From Octopus vulgaris (taxonomy: Eukaryota), in NCBI GenBank assembly GCA_951406725.2, contig OX597837.1, forward strand, positions 46,748,001-46,812,000: a stretch of 64,000 nucleotides of DNA, given 5' to 3'. Position 1 is the stretch's first letter; the number at the start of each line of letters is the position of its first letter. Under the pieces are notes generated by a model. That model was not told the origin of the DNA. It saw only the letters and a program-made list of their open reading frames with translations, and did not search any database. The position numbers and the translations under genes are program-made. This document shows, one piece after another, positions 1 through 13,939 of this stretch.

Positions 1-189
1 CGATAAATTAAGTACCAGTTACACACTGGGATCGATGTAATCGACATAATCCCTTTGTCTGTCCTTGTTTGTGCCCTCTGTGTTTAGCCCCTTGTGGGTA
101 GTAAAGAAATATATATGCTTGTATTGAAATATGAATATATGAGATTTGAAAGTTTATATGAAGCCAGTAAAACATCTGTCAATCAACAG

Positions 190-715
190 AACAACCTGAA
201 ATTAACATGAAGTTAATGTGCAAGCGACTGAGCACTCCACTGGCACATGTGCCGCCCTTAACATAGGAGATTCAGCATAACACAGAATGTGACAAGGCTG
301 GTCCCTTTGAATTACTGGTACAACTCATTTTTGCCAACTGAATGGACTGGAGTATCATGAAATAAAGTGTCTTGCTCAAGGACACAATGCACTGCTCAGT
401 ATTGAACTCATGACCCTAGGATCATGAGCCAAATACGTATTTCTTTACTACCCACAAGGGGCTAAACACAGAGGGGACAAACAAGGACAGACAAATGGAT
501 TAAGTTGATTATATTGACCCCAGTGTGTAACTGGTACTTATTTAATCAACCCTGAAAGGATGAAAGGCAAAGTCGACCTCGGCGGAATTTGAACTCAGAA
601 CGTAACGGCAGACAAAATACCACTAAGCATTTTGTCCAGTGTGCTAACATTTCTGCCAGCTCACCTCCTTATCATGAGCCAAATACCGTAACCACTAAGC
701 CGTGTACCTTCACCT
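190..715 (-). mobile_element. Older SINE (family D), split by the family-A insertion
   Basis: Reverse complement of the copy at about 40205-40510 (gtgtccttgagcaagacactt core). Confidence 0.75.
437..670 (-). mobile_element. tRNA-derived SINE (family A, Nin/Deu-like core) inserted in an older SINE
   Basis: Matches the many family-A copies in the window; flanked by the 16-bp direct repeat atcatgagccaaatac (421-436, 671-686). Confidence 0.9.
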
Positions 716-1466
716 GTAAAGGTAATAATTGTTGGGTGCAAATCAAAGATGTTTTGATGTTTAAGTTTAAGGCTAAGAAATATTTATAAATTTTGGTTTT
801 GAGAAGAAAATTAGATTTGAAAATTCATGATTAGTAGTGTTTAGTAAAGTAAAATACCAGTAAATACCATGGCTCAGTAAAATTGATTTGTATAATTGAT
901 GGAAGATGCTCAGATTAAAAATCAGTTGATGGCCGGAGAGTTTTGTTTATGGTATGTGTATGTGTGTGCATGTATGTATGTGTAAACTTGTACATATATA
1001 TATGTATCATCATCATCATTGTTTAACATCCATTTTGCATGTTCGCATGGTTTGGACGGTTTGATAGGAGTTGGCGAGTGAAAGAACTGCTCCAAGCTCC
1101 ATTGCCTCTTTTGGCATGGTTTTTTTTTCTTACATATATACATGCATTCGTATGTATATACACACACACAACTATATGTATGGTATGAATGAAGATTATC
1201 CCCATAATGTCCTTGTGAAAGAAAGTATTAATGTCACACCATCTCATTTATCCACTTCCTCCTCTTCCTCCTCCTCCCCTTTCTCTTCCTCCTCCTCCCC
1301 TTTCTCCTCCTCCTCCTTCTGCTCCTATAAACCTGCCAATTCATTTTAAACCCGCTCTAGTTGCTACAGCAGCAACATTACCACCACTAATGTTACCATT
1401 GCCAGCCACACCCACAGCAGACTTCCATCCAAATGACCGCCCCACCCCACCCCCATCAACACCACC

Positions 1467-1516
<50 letters not shown>

Positions 1517-1759
1517 TATATACAACATCAACACTGGTCCTATGTCTTCACAGTTTTCTTATCTTCTGGTAACCTTACTTCCGTTTCACAGTTTTCCGTT
1601 GATGGCTGGGTTTTTGTTTCTTGTCATCATCGTCATCATCATCATCATCATCATCATCATCGTTTAGCGTCCGCTTTCCGATGATGATGAAGATTATCTC
1701 CATCATCATTATTTCTCTTACTGTTCTCGCTAACTGCACACACACATCTATTGACGTAC

Positions 1760-1850
1760 CTATCTACCTACCTGTCTGTCAATCTATCTATCTACCTACC
1801 TACCTGTCTATATATCTATCTACCTACCTATCTATCTATCTATCTATCTT

Positions 1851-1893
<43 letters not shown>

Positions 1894-2010
1894 ATCTATC
1901 TATCTGTCTGCCTGTCTATCTATCTATCTAGCTATCTACCTACCTGTCTGTCTGTCTATCTATCTATCTGTCTGTCTGTCTGTCTGTCAGTTTGTCTGTC
2001 TGTATGTGTG
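1760..2010. repeat. (TCTA)n/(TCTG)n microsatellite
   Basis: Seen directly in the sequence. Confidence 0.95.
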
Positions 2011-2989
2011 TTCTTTTCTGGTTTTAATTATTTAAATTCTTCCTTTGAAGAAGGGGCTGGTTTCTAACAAAGATACAAAGCTCCATCGCTGGAAGATAGA
2101 TATTGAAAACAATGTCACATTTTAAACTTAAGAAAAGTCTTGCATACTTTTACTGTTCCACTTACAGATTGTATTCATAATGGGCAAGTCAGTCAGTTGA
2201 TTTCTTTCTCTGGAAATCCAAGCTTATATGTGTGTGTGTGTGTGTGTGTGTGTATGCAGTCTAATGATGTGAGCTACATATATTTTATATACAAACACAT
2301 ATGCACATACGTTGGTGTGTATGTTTGTGTGCATATGCATGTGTATTGTCCCTGATAAAATAGCAATTGTCCTGGGGCTGACATATTCAGGAAAACTTTA
2401 TTAACCCACCGATCAGAACTATCAAAATCCCCTTTTAAGGTTCTCTCCTAATTACTTACAACATACACACATCTATAAAATCGGGAACAAAACTAACATC
2501 TGTTTGATTATACATTTTATATTATTGAAATTAAAATTATTTATTGTTTTTATCTTTAGTCTTTTTAATTTATATATATATTTTTTTTTTTTGTGATATT
2601 TACTTAAGGGAGGATTAACAGTACCCATGACCTTTTTCAAGCCCTCTTTCTTAAATGAGAGTCATGTGATTCATGTCTAGTTTGATGATATAATCCATAT
2701 AGCAGAGACAAACTATAGATTAAATAGAAATAAATAGAAAAAAAAATGGGCTTTAAAAAAATTATACTTCAAAAACTGTCCAGTTTTATGGTTGGCAGAG
2801 TAACCTCCCCTGGAAATATTTTGGTTGAAAATTGTTTCAACCCCATGGTAACCTTAAACACATTATTTGTATAGGCACATATGGTAGGAATGAGCATTAG
2901 AACTATTTACAAAAGCAATATATATATGTACTGCTGCTTGAGTCATCTGAAACCATAAGTCAGGGAGAAGATGTTAGTAGAGTGAGTAA

Positions 2990-3310
2990 ATTGTCTGAAT
3001 TTTGTAGTGTTAATTATCCATCACAGCTGGTCATACCAATTGGTTTCGTGTGAAATTATATAATGGAGTGTTAGGCAAGAAACCAGTCATATAATGTACA
3101 CTCGTCAGAGATAGCCAATATGGAAAGGGAAATGGTGACTGCTCTCCACTGTGGAAAGCAGTTGCCATTTCCCCTTCCATGTCAGCTATCTCTGACGAGT
3201 GCACATTATATAACTGGTTTCTTGCTTAACACTCCATTATGTAACTTCACACGAAACCAATTGGTAAGACAAGCCGTGATGGATAATTAATACTATAAAA
3301 TTCAGACAAT
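2990..3310. repeat. 321-bp fold-back palindrome (Penelope-like terminal-repeat derivative)
   Basis: Arms of about 160 bp are reverse complements around tccac-t-gtgga at 3150, with scattered mismatches. Confidence 0.93.
3189..3269 (+). ncRNA. Minimal type-I hammerhead ribozyme-like motif
   Basis: tct-CTGACGA(3192-3198)-GTG...CAC-GAAA(3253-3256)-CCAATTGG-TA-aga: canonical core, palindromic stem III, GUA site. Confidence 0.65.
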
Positions 3311-4312
3311 ATATATATATATATATTAGAATGTTAATAAGCCATGTTGTACATTTATCTCTTAAACAAACCCCATTGAGATATGATGACTTAATTGTTC
3401 AAGGGTTTCAGAGGTATGGCTTGATCCTAGATGCAAATTGAAACAGGTAACACATACTTAGTTTTTCAGCTACAACATAAAGATAATAAAGTGTGTTCTG
3501 TGATAAATTAGTTAACATCAGGAAAAAAAAGGGTCGGGGAATGTCGGTATATGGAAACAGAAAAATAATACCTTCTTTCTATGAAAAGTATGGACATCAA
3601 AATAAGTCTGCTATGTAGCATTTTCTTTTTGTCTTGGTTCTTATCCATGCAGTTCCGTTATTCTTAAAACTGGGTTTAACCATTTCGTCTTGAGTTCTCC
3701 ATCATTTAACACATCAAGGTATATCTTCCATCATCAATTAACTGTCCCTGTTTTCCACCTGGCATGGAGAGTCTATTCACATTGTTACATATGTAAATCA
3801 AGGTGACAAACTGGCAGAACCATAAACACTTCAGACCAAATTCTTGGCAGTGTTTCTCTTGGCTTTACATTCTGAGGCTGACTTTGTCTTTCATTCTTTC
3901 GGGGTTGTTAAACTAAGTACCAGTCGAGCCTGAGGTTCATGTAGTTAACTATCCCCCTCCCCGTACATTTCAGGCCTTGTACCTATAGTAGAATGAATTA
4001 TTATGTATGCAAATCACATTCTTCATATTCAACACATTCTCCCCCCCCCCCACTTCAATAGCGATTCTTCAATTGATCATTATCGATTATCATATTTTCT
4101 TCTTCTCTGCTTCCATACATTCTCATAACTCTCTGTCACTATGAGAGAGCTTAGTGATCTTATCTGCTGATCTTTTAGGATTCCTCTGCTCGACATCAAT
4201 GTAAGAAGCACCATTAGCTCAGTGGCGCTTTTCTGCTACCTCTTCACAATCTGCCATGTTGTAGTCCCATGACTTCCCTGTATCCCTCGCAGGGTGGCTG
4301 AATGGGAACTAT

Positions 4313-4610
4313 AATAATAATGAAATTATTGTCTACAGTGCTCAGGTGCACCACAACTTGTCAAAAGTGTGTATAAAGTGTATGCAGTAATGTACAAATA
4401 TCTGGAAAGTGAACAGGGTATGAGTCAGATAGATGCTTGTGTGTGTAAGGAGGGGAGAAAATCAGATGTAGTGTTGGCGAATCTCAGGAAGCATGGAGGT
4501 TTTGAAGGATGCAGTGTTCCGACAACTAACAACTGATGCTGGCAGTTTGTTCCATACTTCAGTAACTTTTAGCATGAAAAAATGTTTCCAAAAGTCATGG
4601 GAACTATGCT
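4313..4610 (-). mobile_element. CR1/L2-type LINE 3' fragment
   Basis: Translates as KHFFMLKVTEVWNKLPASVVSCRNTASFK, the typical ORF2 C-terminus, followed by a (TTA)n tail. Confidence 0.8.
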
Positions 4611-5243
4611 TTGCTAAAGGGCAGCCTGTAACTGTGCAAGGCACAGCCATCACTCCATGAGGTATTTTCAAATACTTACATACCCGAGGTTTCACATGCC
4701 ACCTCTTTAATAATTATACTCCAGTTAATTAATAGTAATTTTAATTAATTCTCATTGGTTATTGACCCACTCCCTTGAATAACTGTATGTTGCTTTTATA
4801 GCAAAACATTTTGAGTTTTTTAATTAGTATTTTAGCTTTGATCAAAAAGTTCTGAATGTCTTTGAGGGATGATCAAAAGTCCATGGAGCATGGATCTATA
4901 ATCTGTTGCTATTCAGACACAATTCAATTCTCTGCTATCTCTTCAAAATAGCCTCTTAGTATATTTCTGTATTAATAACCATGGTTGTGACAATATATAT
5001 ACACAGATATATTTTACCACATGCATGTACACACACAGTTTTATGAAAACATATGTAGGAATATATATATATTTGCTGTGGTGGATGTGTGTGGATGTGT
5101 ATGCATGTGTATATTTGTTTTATGTGTGATTTATACACACACACACACACATGGAGGCAATTGTATGGATAAACAATTTAGATACATAAAACATTAAATA
5201 TATATTATATATATGTGTATGTGCTTGCCTCTATGTGTGTGTA

Positions 5244-5293
<50 letters not shown>

Positions 5294-7151
5294 TGCACGT
5301 GTGTGTGTGTGCATGTATCATATATTAAATATTCATATATCAAAATTTGGGTATTTATTATTTTACAATATTATTTAATTTGGCTGTGATATTTGCTTTG
5401 AAATGGAAACAGAGGAAGATGGAAGATAATTCCAATATTAAGGGATATTAAAAAAAAAAGAAAACCAAACATGTTTCCCAATTTGTTTCTTGTGTGTGTG
5501 TGTGCACGCACGTGCGTGTGGATGTGGTCAGAATCTGGTGGCACTTTTATTGAAACCTCTGCAAGCTTTTGAAGACTTTTTGAAAGATATTGTGGAATTC
5601 TGCCTTTTAATATAACATTTTTGAACAGCCCTGTCATTGCTAATGACTTGGTCTCCAATTAGGAGTTCAGAAGAAGACTATATTTGTGCAGTTACCCAAT
5701 GGCTTCTGTCAGTTCACAGAACAATTAAACTATGTCCCATCAGCCAATGAAACACTCATTTATTCAATGCTGCCTTTATCTATTCACTGCGGTCTGTATT
5801 TATTCAATGCTGAATCTATTTATTCAGTGTTGCTCACTTTCCCTAATCACAGCTGTGTCTACTACTTCATGGTTCCTGTTTACAGCCTAGTGAACTGAGC
5901 CTACCTACAGTAATTTAGGTATTTTCTCCTTGGAAAAAGCATAGTACTGTAATAGGATTTGGAGTTTTGACTTATTAATCATTAGTCAGAGTCATTTAAT
6001 CATGTCACTCATTGTCATTTAGTTATATAATTGATGTTGTTAAATTTGGACAGGAAAAAAACTGTTTTGAATGTTAATCAATTATTTTTTTAATTAATAT
6101 ATCATCATTACCTCCTCCTCCTTCTCTTTCTCCTCTTTCTCCTTTAACCATTGTTTGAGAAATTCATCCGGTGTTTCTTGCATTTAAAAGAATTAGGTGC
6201 ATCATGGAAGAATATGAATAAAAAAGATGGTTAAACAAATGTGAGAATGTCGTCCTGGTAACATTCTCAGACCATTGTTGTGTTATTTGCTGGACTGTAT
6301 CCCTATGTGCTAATATAATAACCAGCTTATTGCATACAATGTTCAGGTGTGCTAATTGCATGCAATGTTCAGGTGCACTACGACTTGTCAGAAAAAGAGT
6401 CAAGGAAGTTAGCAATAATAATGAAAAATGCAGGCATAGTAAACAGGATAAAATGCTAAAGGACAGAAAAATGAATGGTAAAAGAGCCGTAATGATAAAA
6501 AAGGTGCATAGGCACAAGAGGTGTAGTGTTTGTAAATTTTGGGAAACATGGAATTCTGTGAAGGATCCAATATCCTGATAGCTAACAACCAATATTAATA
6601 GTTTGTTTCATTGCTTTAACAATTCTGAGTATGAAGAAATGTTTTTGAAAGTCATGGGTGCTGCACTGGGTTTTGATTTTATAAACATGTTCATCGGTGG
6701 ATCTTTTTATGTTAAAAGGAAAGTCATATTGGATAAGTTAGTCCTAAATAGACTATGCCAGGAAACAAGATGTGATGGGCACAGCTGAGATGTCTTTGAT
6801 TGTGGGCATGGTCAATCAAAGTTGAGGTTAAACAACAATTGCCAGCAAAGGCTATGGTTTTGTTCCGGTTTGTCTTTGATAAGGTTTCAGTCCTTCATCT
6901 GTAAATAAGTCTCATAGGGTAACACAGCAGTTTTCTGAAACCAACAAGATTATCAGTGTATAAATCTGGGGAAAGTATCTGTGATATAGACTAGCACCTT
7001 ATCCAGTGAAGGGCTGGAGAGATGTTCTCATCTTTATACAATGCAAACTGATTTAAGTATCCTAAATGTGACTCATTGGCATCAAGTTAAAGCAATTCAT
7101 GCTATGCATCTTTATTGTAAACATACACTAACAGACTTTTTCAAAAACCAG

Positions 7152-7191
<40 letters not shown>

Positions 7192-7938
7192 CTTTAACAT
7201 CCACTTTTCCATAGTCACATGGGTTGGACAGAATTTGTTGAGGCAGATTTTGCACATCTGTAAACCCTTCATGTTGTCAACCCTTGCCTGCTTCCAGGCA
7301 AGGTAATATTTTCCTGTGACCAGCCGTGTCTTGGAAGATTGGTAATGAAGGACAGTGCTTACATGATAGTGACACTTACTTACAACTATCACATGACGTC
7401 AAGGCAAGGAGACAATAATACACCCACTCATGTACAATAGGCTTCTCTCAGTTTCCATCCACCAAATCCACTAGTAAAGCTTTACTCAGCCTAAGGCTAT
7501 AGAAGAAGACCCCTGTCCAAAGTGCCACACAATGGGACAATTGAACAACCAATCAACTATTTCTCACCCTCAACATGTGATGGAGAACAGTGAGAAAAAT
7601 ATAAAAACAAAATTCTGTGATTTGGATAAATTGTTAAAATTATGTTTTTAATGATATCTACCTCTTCTAAATGAAAAATCATAAAAGAAAGAGTATGGTC
7701 CCTGTCCCTGTAAGCCATTAGGTCATGGATAGCCACAGAGAGGATTGAATAAATATTTTACCATATTTTTTTGTTTATTTTATCATATTTTATCATAGGG
7801 TGCCAGAAGCTCAATTTGCAACCCCATGGTTTCAGGTTCCGACCCACAGTTAATGCTGCTCTGTAGTAGCCTGATGGGTGCCTGGCATCTTTTATAGTGA
7901 AACTGAGCAGGGTTGGTGGTATTGACAGTAGCTGGATA

Positions 7939-8345
7939 AAGGCGGCAAGCTGGCAGAAACGTCAGCATGCCGGATGAAACGCTTAGCCGTATTTCGTCTG
8001 CTACTACGTTCTGAGTTCAAATTCCGCTGAGGTCAACTTTGCCTTTCATCCTTTCGGGGTCGATAAATTAAGTACCAGTTACGCACTGGGGTTGATGTAT
8101 TCGACTTAATACGTTTGTCCGTCCTTGTTTGTCTCCTCTGTGTTTAGCCCCTTGTGGGTAGTAAAGAAATAGGTATTTTGTCTGCCGTTACGTTCTGAGT
8201 TCAAATTCCGCCGAGGTCGACTTTGCCTTTCATCCTTTCGGGATCGATAAATTAAGTACCAGTTATGCACTGGGGTCGATATAATCGACTTAATCCGTTT
8301 GTCTGTCCCCTCTGTGTTTAGCCCCTTGTGGGTAGTAAAGAAATA
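7939..8345 (+). mobile_element. Family-A SINE, full copy plus tandem 5'-truncated second copy
   Basis: tRNA-like head with B box gagttcaaattcc; body repeated at 8172-8345. Confidence 0.9.
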
Positions 8346-8618
8346 GGTATTGATAGCAGAGAGATGGGGGAGAAAGTGACAGGGGACAATCACTGGTGTT
8401 TAGTAGGATTAAGGAGAGCAAAGGTTCATAGAAGTGGCAAGGAAATAGAAACAGAAGAGATGGGAGATACAACATGGCGAAGAAATGTAACCCACATTGC
8501 CTTATCTAAATTACCAAGTTCTGTACAGAATGTGTGAAGGAAAACTGAGTAAATTATGAAATGCTGTGATTTTGATAAATTGTTGGGGTTTGTGTTTTAT
8601 ATTTGTCTTCTTCTAAAT

Positions 8619-8954
8619 CAGTGGATTTCAGCCAGGGTCCATATGGCCCCTGAAGATTCAGATAAGATTTTTGGGAGTTCACACAACAAAATATTAAATT
8701 GGGGGTCTACAATAGTATTTTAAGGGCCCCTGAAAAAATGTTGCTTTAGATGTATGTATTGGTACGAATCGCAAGTTAAGCTTCTTCCTCTAACATTTTA
8801 CATCGTTCAACCTACACAAATTAATGGGTGAAAAATAAAAGAGGAATCTTGAAAGAAGTTTCTATAAAACCAGTTCTTAAACACAGAATGGCTATGAGCA
8901 TCCACCAGAATAAAATATTTATCAAAGGGGTCCATAAATGGTTGAGAACCCCTG
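8619..8954. mobile_element. hAT-type MITE
   Basis: Termini cagtggatttcagcc and ggttgagaacccctg; 8-bp TSD ttctaaat/gtctaaat. Confidence 0.8.
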
Positions 8955-10479
8955 GTCTAAATGACAAATCACAGGATAGGTATCCATGAATGAGTAGCAT
9001 TTAGCAGTTGCCACAGGGTGTGTTTTGATGCTAAACCTATGACTCTAGTATAAACAGGAACCACCCTAAATTTCGGCTATTCCAATACGTAATGTAACTC
9101 CACCCTTAACCCCTTAACTTTTTTTTTTTGGTTTCCAAGTGTGTTTGTGCATTTGAAAAACATTACAACCATATTATTGTTATTAAACTTCAACAACAAA
9201 AAATTACAATGACAATTTACCATAATTGGTGGATGTATGGTATAACCCACCCCTAGTGCCTAATCCCAAGAAATCAATATGTAAGGTTCCCCCCACCTCT
9301 CTCTCTCCCTCTCTCTCACTTCCTATCTCTCTCTTTAAAACTCCCATTCAATCCACAGGCAATAAAATATGTACCAGTAATGTATTGCAGAATCAGCTTT
9401 CTACCTCATTCGTAATAAAATCATTATTTTCTGGACTGTGTAGCAGAATCAGTAGAGTGTCAAGCAAAATACCTGTCTTGCAGCATTTGGTTATGATCCT
9501 TCATGATCTGAGTTCAAATCCTCATGAGGTTGACTTTGCCTTTCATCCTTCCAGGAATTCATTAAATAAAGTAGCAGTCAAATCCTGGGGTTGATTTAAT
9601 CACCTCTAGATTCTCCTCACAAATTTCTGGCCATATGCTGACGTTAGAAATCAGTATTTATACTCGCCACTTTATAAGTGGTGTTTTCAAATCCAAGTAG
9701 GCTTCTCTAATCTCCCTCTGCCCCTGCTCCCACCCCCACACAATGTTTGGTAAAAAAAAAATGAAAAATTACAGAAATACACAAAAATCTCAAATATATC
9801 CATTACTTCCTCAGAAAAAAGTAAAAAAAAAAAGAAAAAAGAAAAGAAAATATTGGCTTTATGCCTCCAGTCCAGGAGAAATCATTATATGACTATAAGT
9901 TAATAATTCATGGCCCATCCAAAACCAAAAATCCAAATTTTCACTGATATTACCATCACATTTTCCATGAAATTTTTTCTATCTTCCCATTATTCTGAAG
10001 AACCATTAATAACTGTGTTTGAAAAATTTATGCTCCCTGCTAAAAAAAAAAAAAAAAAAGTGATCCGTATTAATTCACTCATCTTCATCTCTCCTACATG
10101 ACAGAAGATTTCAGCATGGACAAAATTCTGTCTTATATGAAGAAGAAAAAAAAATCTACAAGACAGATAAACAAACAAAAAAAAAAGTATTTCTACCTGA
10201 ACAAATTTGCCATTCAAAATATTTTTTACAAAAACCTTTTTCTGTCCATTTCATTATTTTTTGAAATTTTCACACAAATCAAATGTTACTATATTATTTA
10301 TTTATTTTATTAATTTATTCTATTAATTTATTTTATTATTTATTTTAATGAACAGAAGAAAAAAAGAAACAAAAAAGAACAAAAACTATAATTATTCCAA
10401 CTTTATTGCCTTGTTTATTCTTTAAAAATGAAGGAAAGGAAAAGAAACGTTTATGATTCTCAATTCATTTTGTTTATCA

Positions 10480-10485
10480 TATATA

Positions 10486-10516
<31 letters not shown>

Positions 10517-10547
10517 GTGTATATATATGTGTATATATATATATGTA

Positions 10548-10586
<39 letters not shown>

Positions 10587-10643
10587 ATATATATATGTGT
10601 ATATATATGTGTATATATATATATGTATATATATATGTATATA

Positions 10644-10698
<55 letters not shown>

Positions 10699-10760
10699 TT
10701 ATATGTATGTATGAATATGTACGTGTGTGTATGTGTATATATGTATGTGTGTGTGTGTGT
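10480..10760. repeat. (AT)n/(GT)n microsatellite
   Basis: Seen directly; source of the spurious YIYI ORFs. Confidence 0.95.
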
Positions 10761-10764
10761 GGGT

Positions 10765-11603
10765 GGTCTGATCAATAAGTATCTGGACTGTTGCTATAGT
10801 AACGAAGCTTGGCACAGACTGACCTTGAACTCTGCTGTGCTTCACACTAAGTTTTAACATTCAAGCGCTCTTCCGCTGTTTACAGCAGTGCCTGGAAGGA
10901 AGGTGTGTCGCGTGTGATCACCACATTGATCATGACAGAGAAAGTTGAGTAGAATTTTGTCAAAAGCTTAGCAATACCTGCTCAGAGGCCTACACAAAGG
11001 TTTCAAAAAGTTTTCATCGTTCTTGACACAATCAGGCAGATGTTGTGTGACTGAAACCCAAGTGTCTTTTTGGTCAGTTGAAAGCAGTTTTGGCACAAAC
11101 TTGGCAGACATGCGTTTCATACCCAAATCTTCAGTGATAATGGATTGAATTGAACTGAAACTATTCTGCACATCCTCCGATAACTCGCAGATGATGATTC
11201 AAATATTTCCCCTCACAGCTGTGATGTTTTTCTGAGTTCTGCTGGTTGCAGGTCTCCCAGAATGTTCGTCAGTATCAACATTTTCTCAGCCATCTCGGAA
11301 ACGTCTGAACCACTTGTACGCTTGTGTACGGCTTATACACTCCTCTCCATACACTTTCTACAACTTTGTGTAGGATTCTGAGCAGATATCGCCATGACAA
11401 CTTTCTCTTTGATGGTCAATGCAATGATCACATGCTACACACCTTCCTTCCAAGCACTGCTGTAAAAAGCAGAAGTGAGGTAGAACATAAAAATTTAATG
11501 CACAGCAGAGTGAAAGGTCAATTTGTGCCAAGCGGCTTCACTCTGTGTGCTTTAGCTTCATTACTATGGCAACAGTCCGGATACTTATTGATCAGACATC
11601 GTA
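10765..11603 (-). mobile_element. Internally deleted mariner element
   Basis: TIRs gtctgatcaataagtatc(t/c)ggactgttgc at both ends, with TA at the right end; internal transposase remnant EDLGMKRMSAKFVPKLLSTDQK. Confidence 0.9.
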
Positions 11604-11723
11604 TATATACATATATGCTTGTAAATGAATACATAAAAATATGTATATATATGTGTGTGTGTGTGTGTCTTTGTGTGTGTGTGTGTGTCTTTGTGTGTGT
11701 GTGTATATATATATATGTATGTA

Positions 11724-11766
<43 letters not shown>

Positions 11767-12048
11767 GAATATGCATAAATATAAAAAAGTATAGATATGT
11801 ATGCATCTGTGTAAATAATCACATATATTACAGATAAAATCATTCAACATGCAAAAATTACTAACTTAAGCAAATTCGTGCAATTCTTTTCCTTCTCTTG
11901 TTTCACATTTCTCTCCTTGCCTTTCATCGTTTCCTACTTTCATGTTATTATCATCGATCATGCGTTATTGCTGTGGTAAAAACACAAAAGGTAACTCATT
12001 CAGTGAGTTATGAACACAGTATTAAGTACCTTGTCAATTTGAGATGAA

Positions 12049-12230
12049 TTGTCAATGTTATGTACTGTCAACATTATGGACACTGACAATATTACATTCA
12101 CAGTCAATGTATGCCGTCAGTGTCGTGTTCACAGTCAATATTATGTACATTGTCAATGTTATGTATGTTGTCAGTGCTATGCATCTGGTCAATATTGTGT
12201 ACATTGTCAATGCTACGTACACATTCAGTG

Positions 12231-12278
<48 letters not shown>

Positions 12279-12370
12279 ATGCACACACACACACACACAC
12301 ACATACAGTCAATGTTATGTATATTGTCAATGTTATGTACACCGTCAGTGTTATTTATATACACAGTCAA
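12049..12370. repeat. 18-bp minisatellite (consensus about TGTCAATGTTATGTACAT) interrupted by (CT)n(CA)n
   Basis: gtcaatgttatgta recurs at 18-nt spacing. Confidence 0.85.
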
Positions 12371-13744
12371 TTCTTAATTGAAATATTTTTATTCCAATTG
12401 TCAATATTGGTAGGGAATTGGCAGTCGGTAAGATCACCAGATGAAATTCTTTGTAGAATGTGTTCTAGTTGAGTTGTGAATTCAAATACAGTCAAAGCCA
12501 ACTTTGTCTTTCATTTTTCAGGATCGGTAAATCGGTCTCGGTTCATGGACTGAGAGAAATCTTTGAGCATCCGACGGAATGTCTTGTCATTTTGGTTCCA
12601 GTTCTTTGTGTTCTGAAATTTAATCTCACCAAGGCCATAGCTTTCTTAATTGGCAGACTTAATCCATGATCTGGTTTAATACCATCACCTGGTTCTTGGG
12701 TGCCTTTAGTAGAATTCACTGCATCGGGCCAGGGCCTCTAGTTTGAAGATTAGTTGTCCTCTTGTCTCCAGCCAATGTTTGCAGCCTTTTAATGGGCCAC
12801 AAAAAAACTGCCCTTCTTCCTAAATAAGCAATAAAAAAGAATTTAAACTTTTACACCCAAATGTTATCATCATTATCATATAATATCCATTTCTCATGCT
12901 GGCATGGATTGGACAGTTTGACAGGATTTTGTGAGCAACAGGGCCGCATTGTGTTCCCGGTTTCATTGGATGGGGGGTCTTCTTAATGCCAACCACTTTA
13001 CAGTGTGTACTGAGTGCTTTTTGTGAGGATGCCAAATAACTTGAAAGACAGGAAAGAACAAGAAAAGGGAAAGAGAACCTTCAACTAAGTAGGGAGAGTA
13101 TTTGAAGGATGGGGAGAGGGGCTTTATACCAGGGACAAGCAGAGGTGTTTTATATAGAGAAGATCCATGGCTACCCCACATTCTATAAAGGTAGGTAGAA
13201 ATAGGTGGGAAAAAGATAAGATGGTGCTGATGAGATGCAGAGCAAACCCTGAACAACAAGAGATGATATGGTCAGCAGATCAGGTGGGGGAAGGCAGATA
13301 GATAGATAGGTAGATAGATAGATAGATAGATAGATAGAGTAAAGGGATAATTATAATCCTGGCTATCACCTCATTAGCAAAATATGCAGGATTATGGTTA
13401 GCATAATATTCTAAAATCAAAGAAGATCCAGAAGACTTCAACTGGTGCTAAACGGAGCTTGACACAAATCTAAGTCAAGATCTGGTAGACTTAATAGAAA
13501 CCCTGCAGAGTGAATAAGAGAAATGGTAATTCAAATGAGGAAAGGAGAAGTCAAATGGATATTACAATTATTTCCATAAATGGACAATATCTATTCCATA
13601 TCTCACACAATGTTTTGCGGTTCATACAATGCTATGTAATATCTGCCATAATATATGAGAATATGTAATAATATTCTAATGGTCCATTCACTTCTTCAGA
13701 TTTCATGATTTGAAAGCATTAACAATTAAATATATATATATATG

Positions 13745-13885
13745 TAGGCGCAGGAGTGGCTGTGTGGTAAGTAGCTTGCTAACCAACCACATGGTTCCAG
13801 ATTCAGTCCCACTGCGTGGTACCTTGGGCAAGTGTCTTCTGCTATAGCCCCAGACAGAAACTGAAAGAAGCCTGTCGTATATATG

Positions 13886-13939
<54 letters not shown>

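Noticed and set aside
1071-2067. Pro-, His- and Ser-rich ORFs
   Set aside because: Derived from (CCT)n, (CAC)n, (CAT)n and (TCTA)n repeats and a SINE tail.
7939-8030. tRNA genes at SINE heads
   Set aside because: A/B-box-like motifs continue into SINE bodies; no complete cloverleaf.
10422-10857. Long [12 protein letters not shown] ORFs here and at about 11500, 14600, 18700, 42900 and 43700
   Set aside because: Translations of dinucleotide microsatellites that lack stop codons; no coding signal.
12049-12381. Cys/His-rich repeat ORF (VHCQCY)n resembling a metal-binding protein
   Set aside because: An 18-bp minisatellite that is open in several frames and interrupted by a microsatellite; no supported gene structure.
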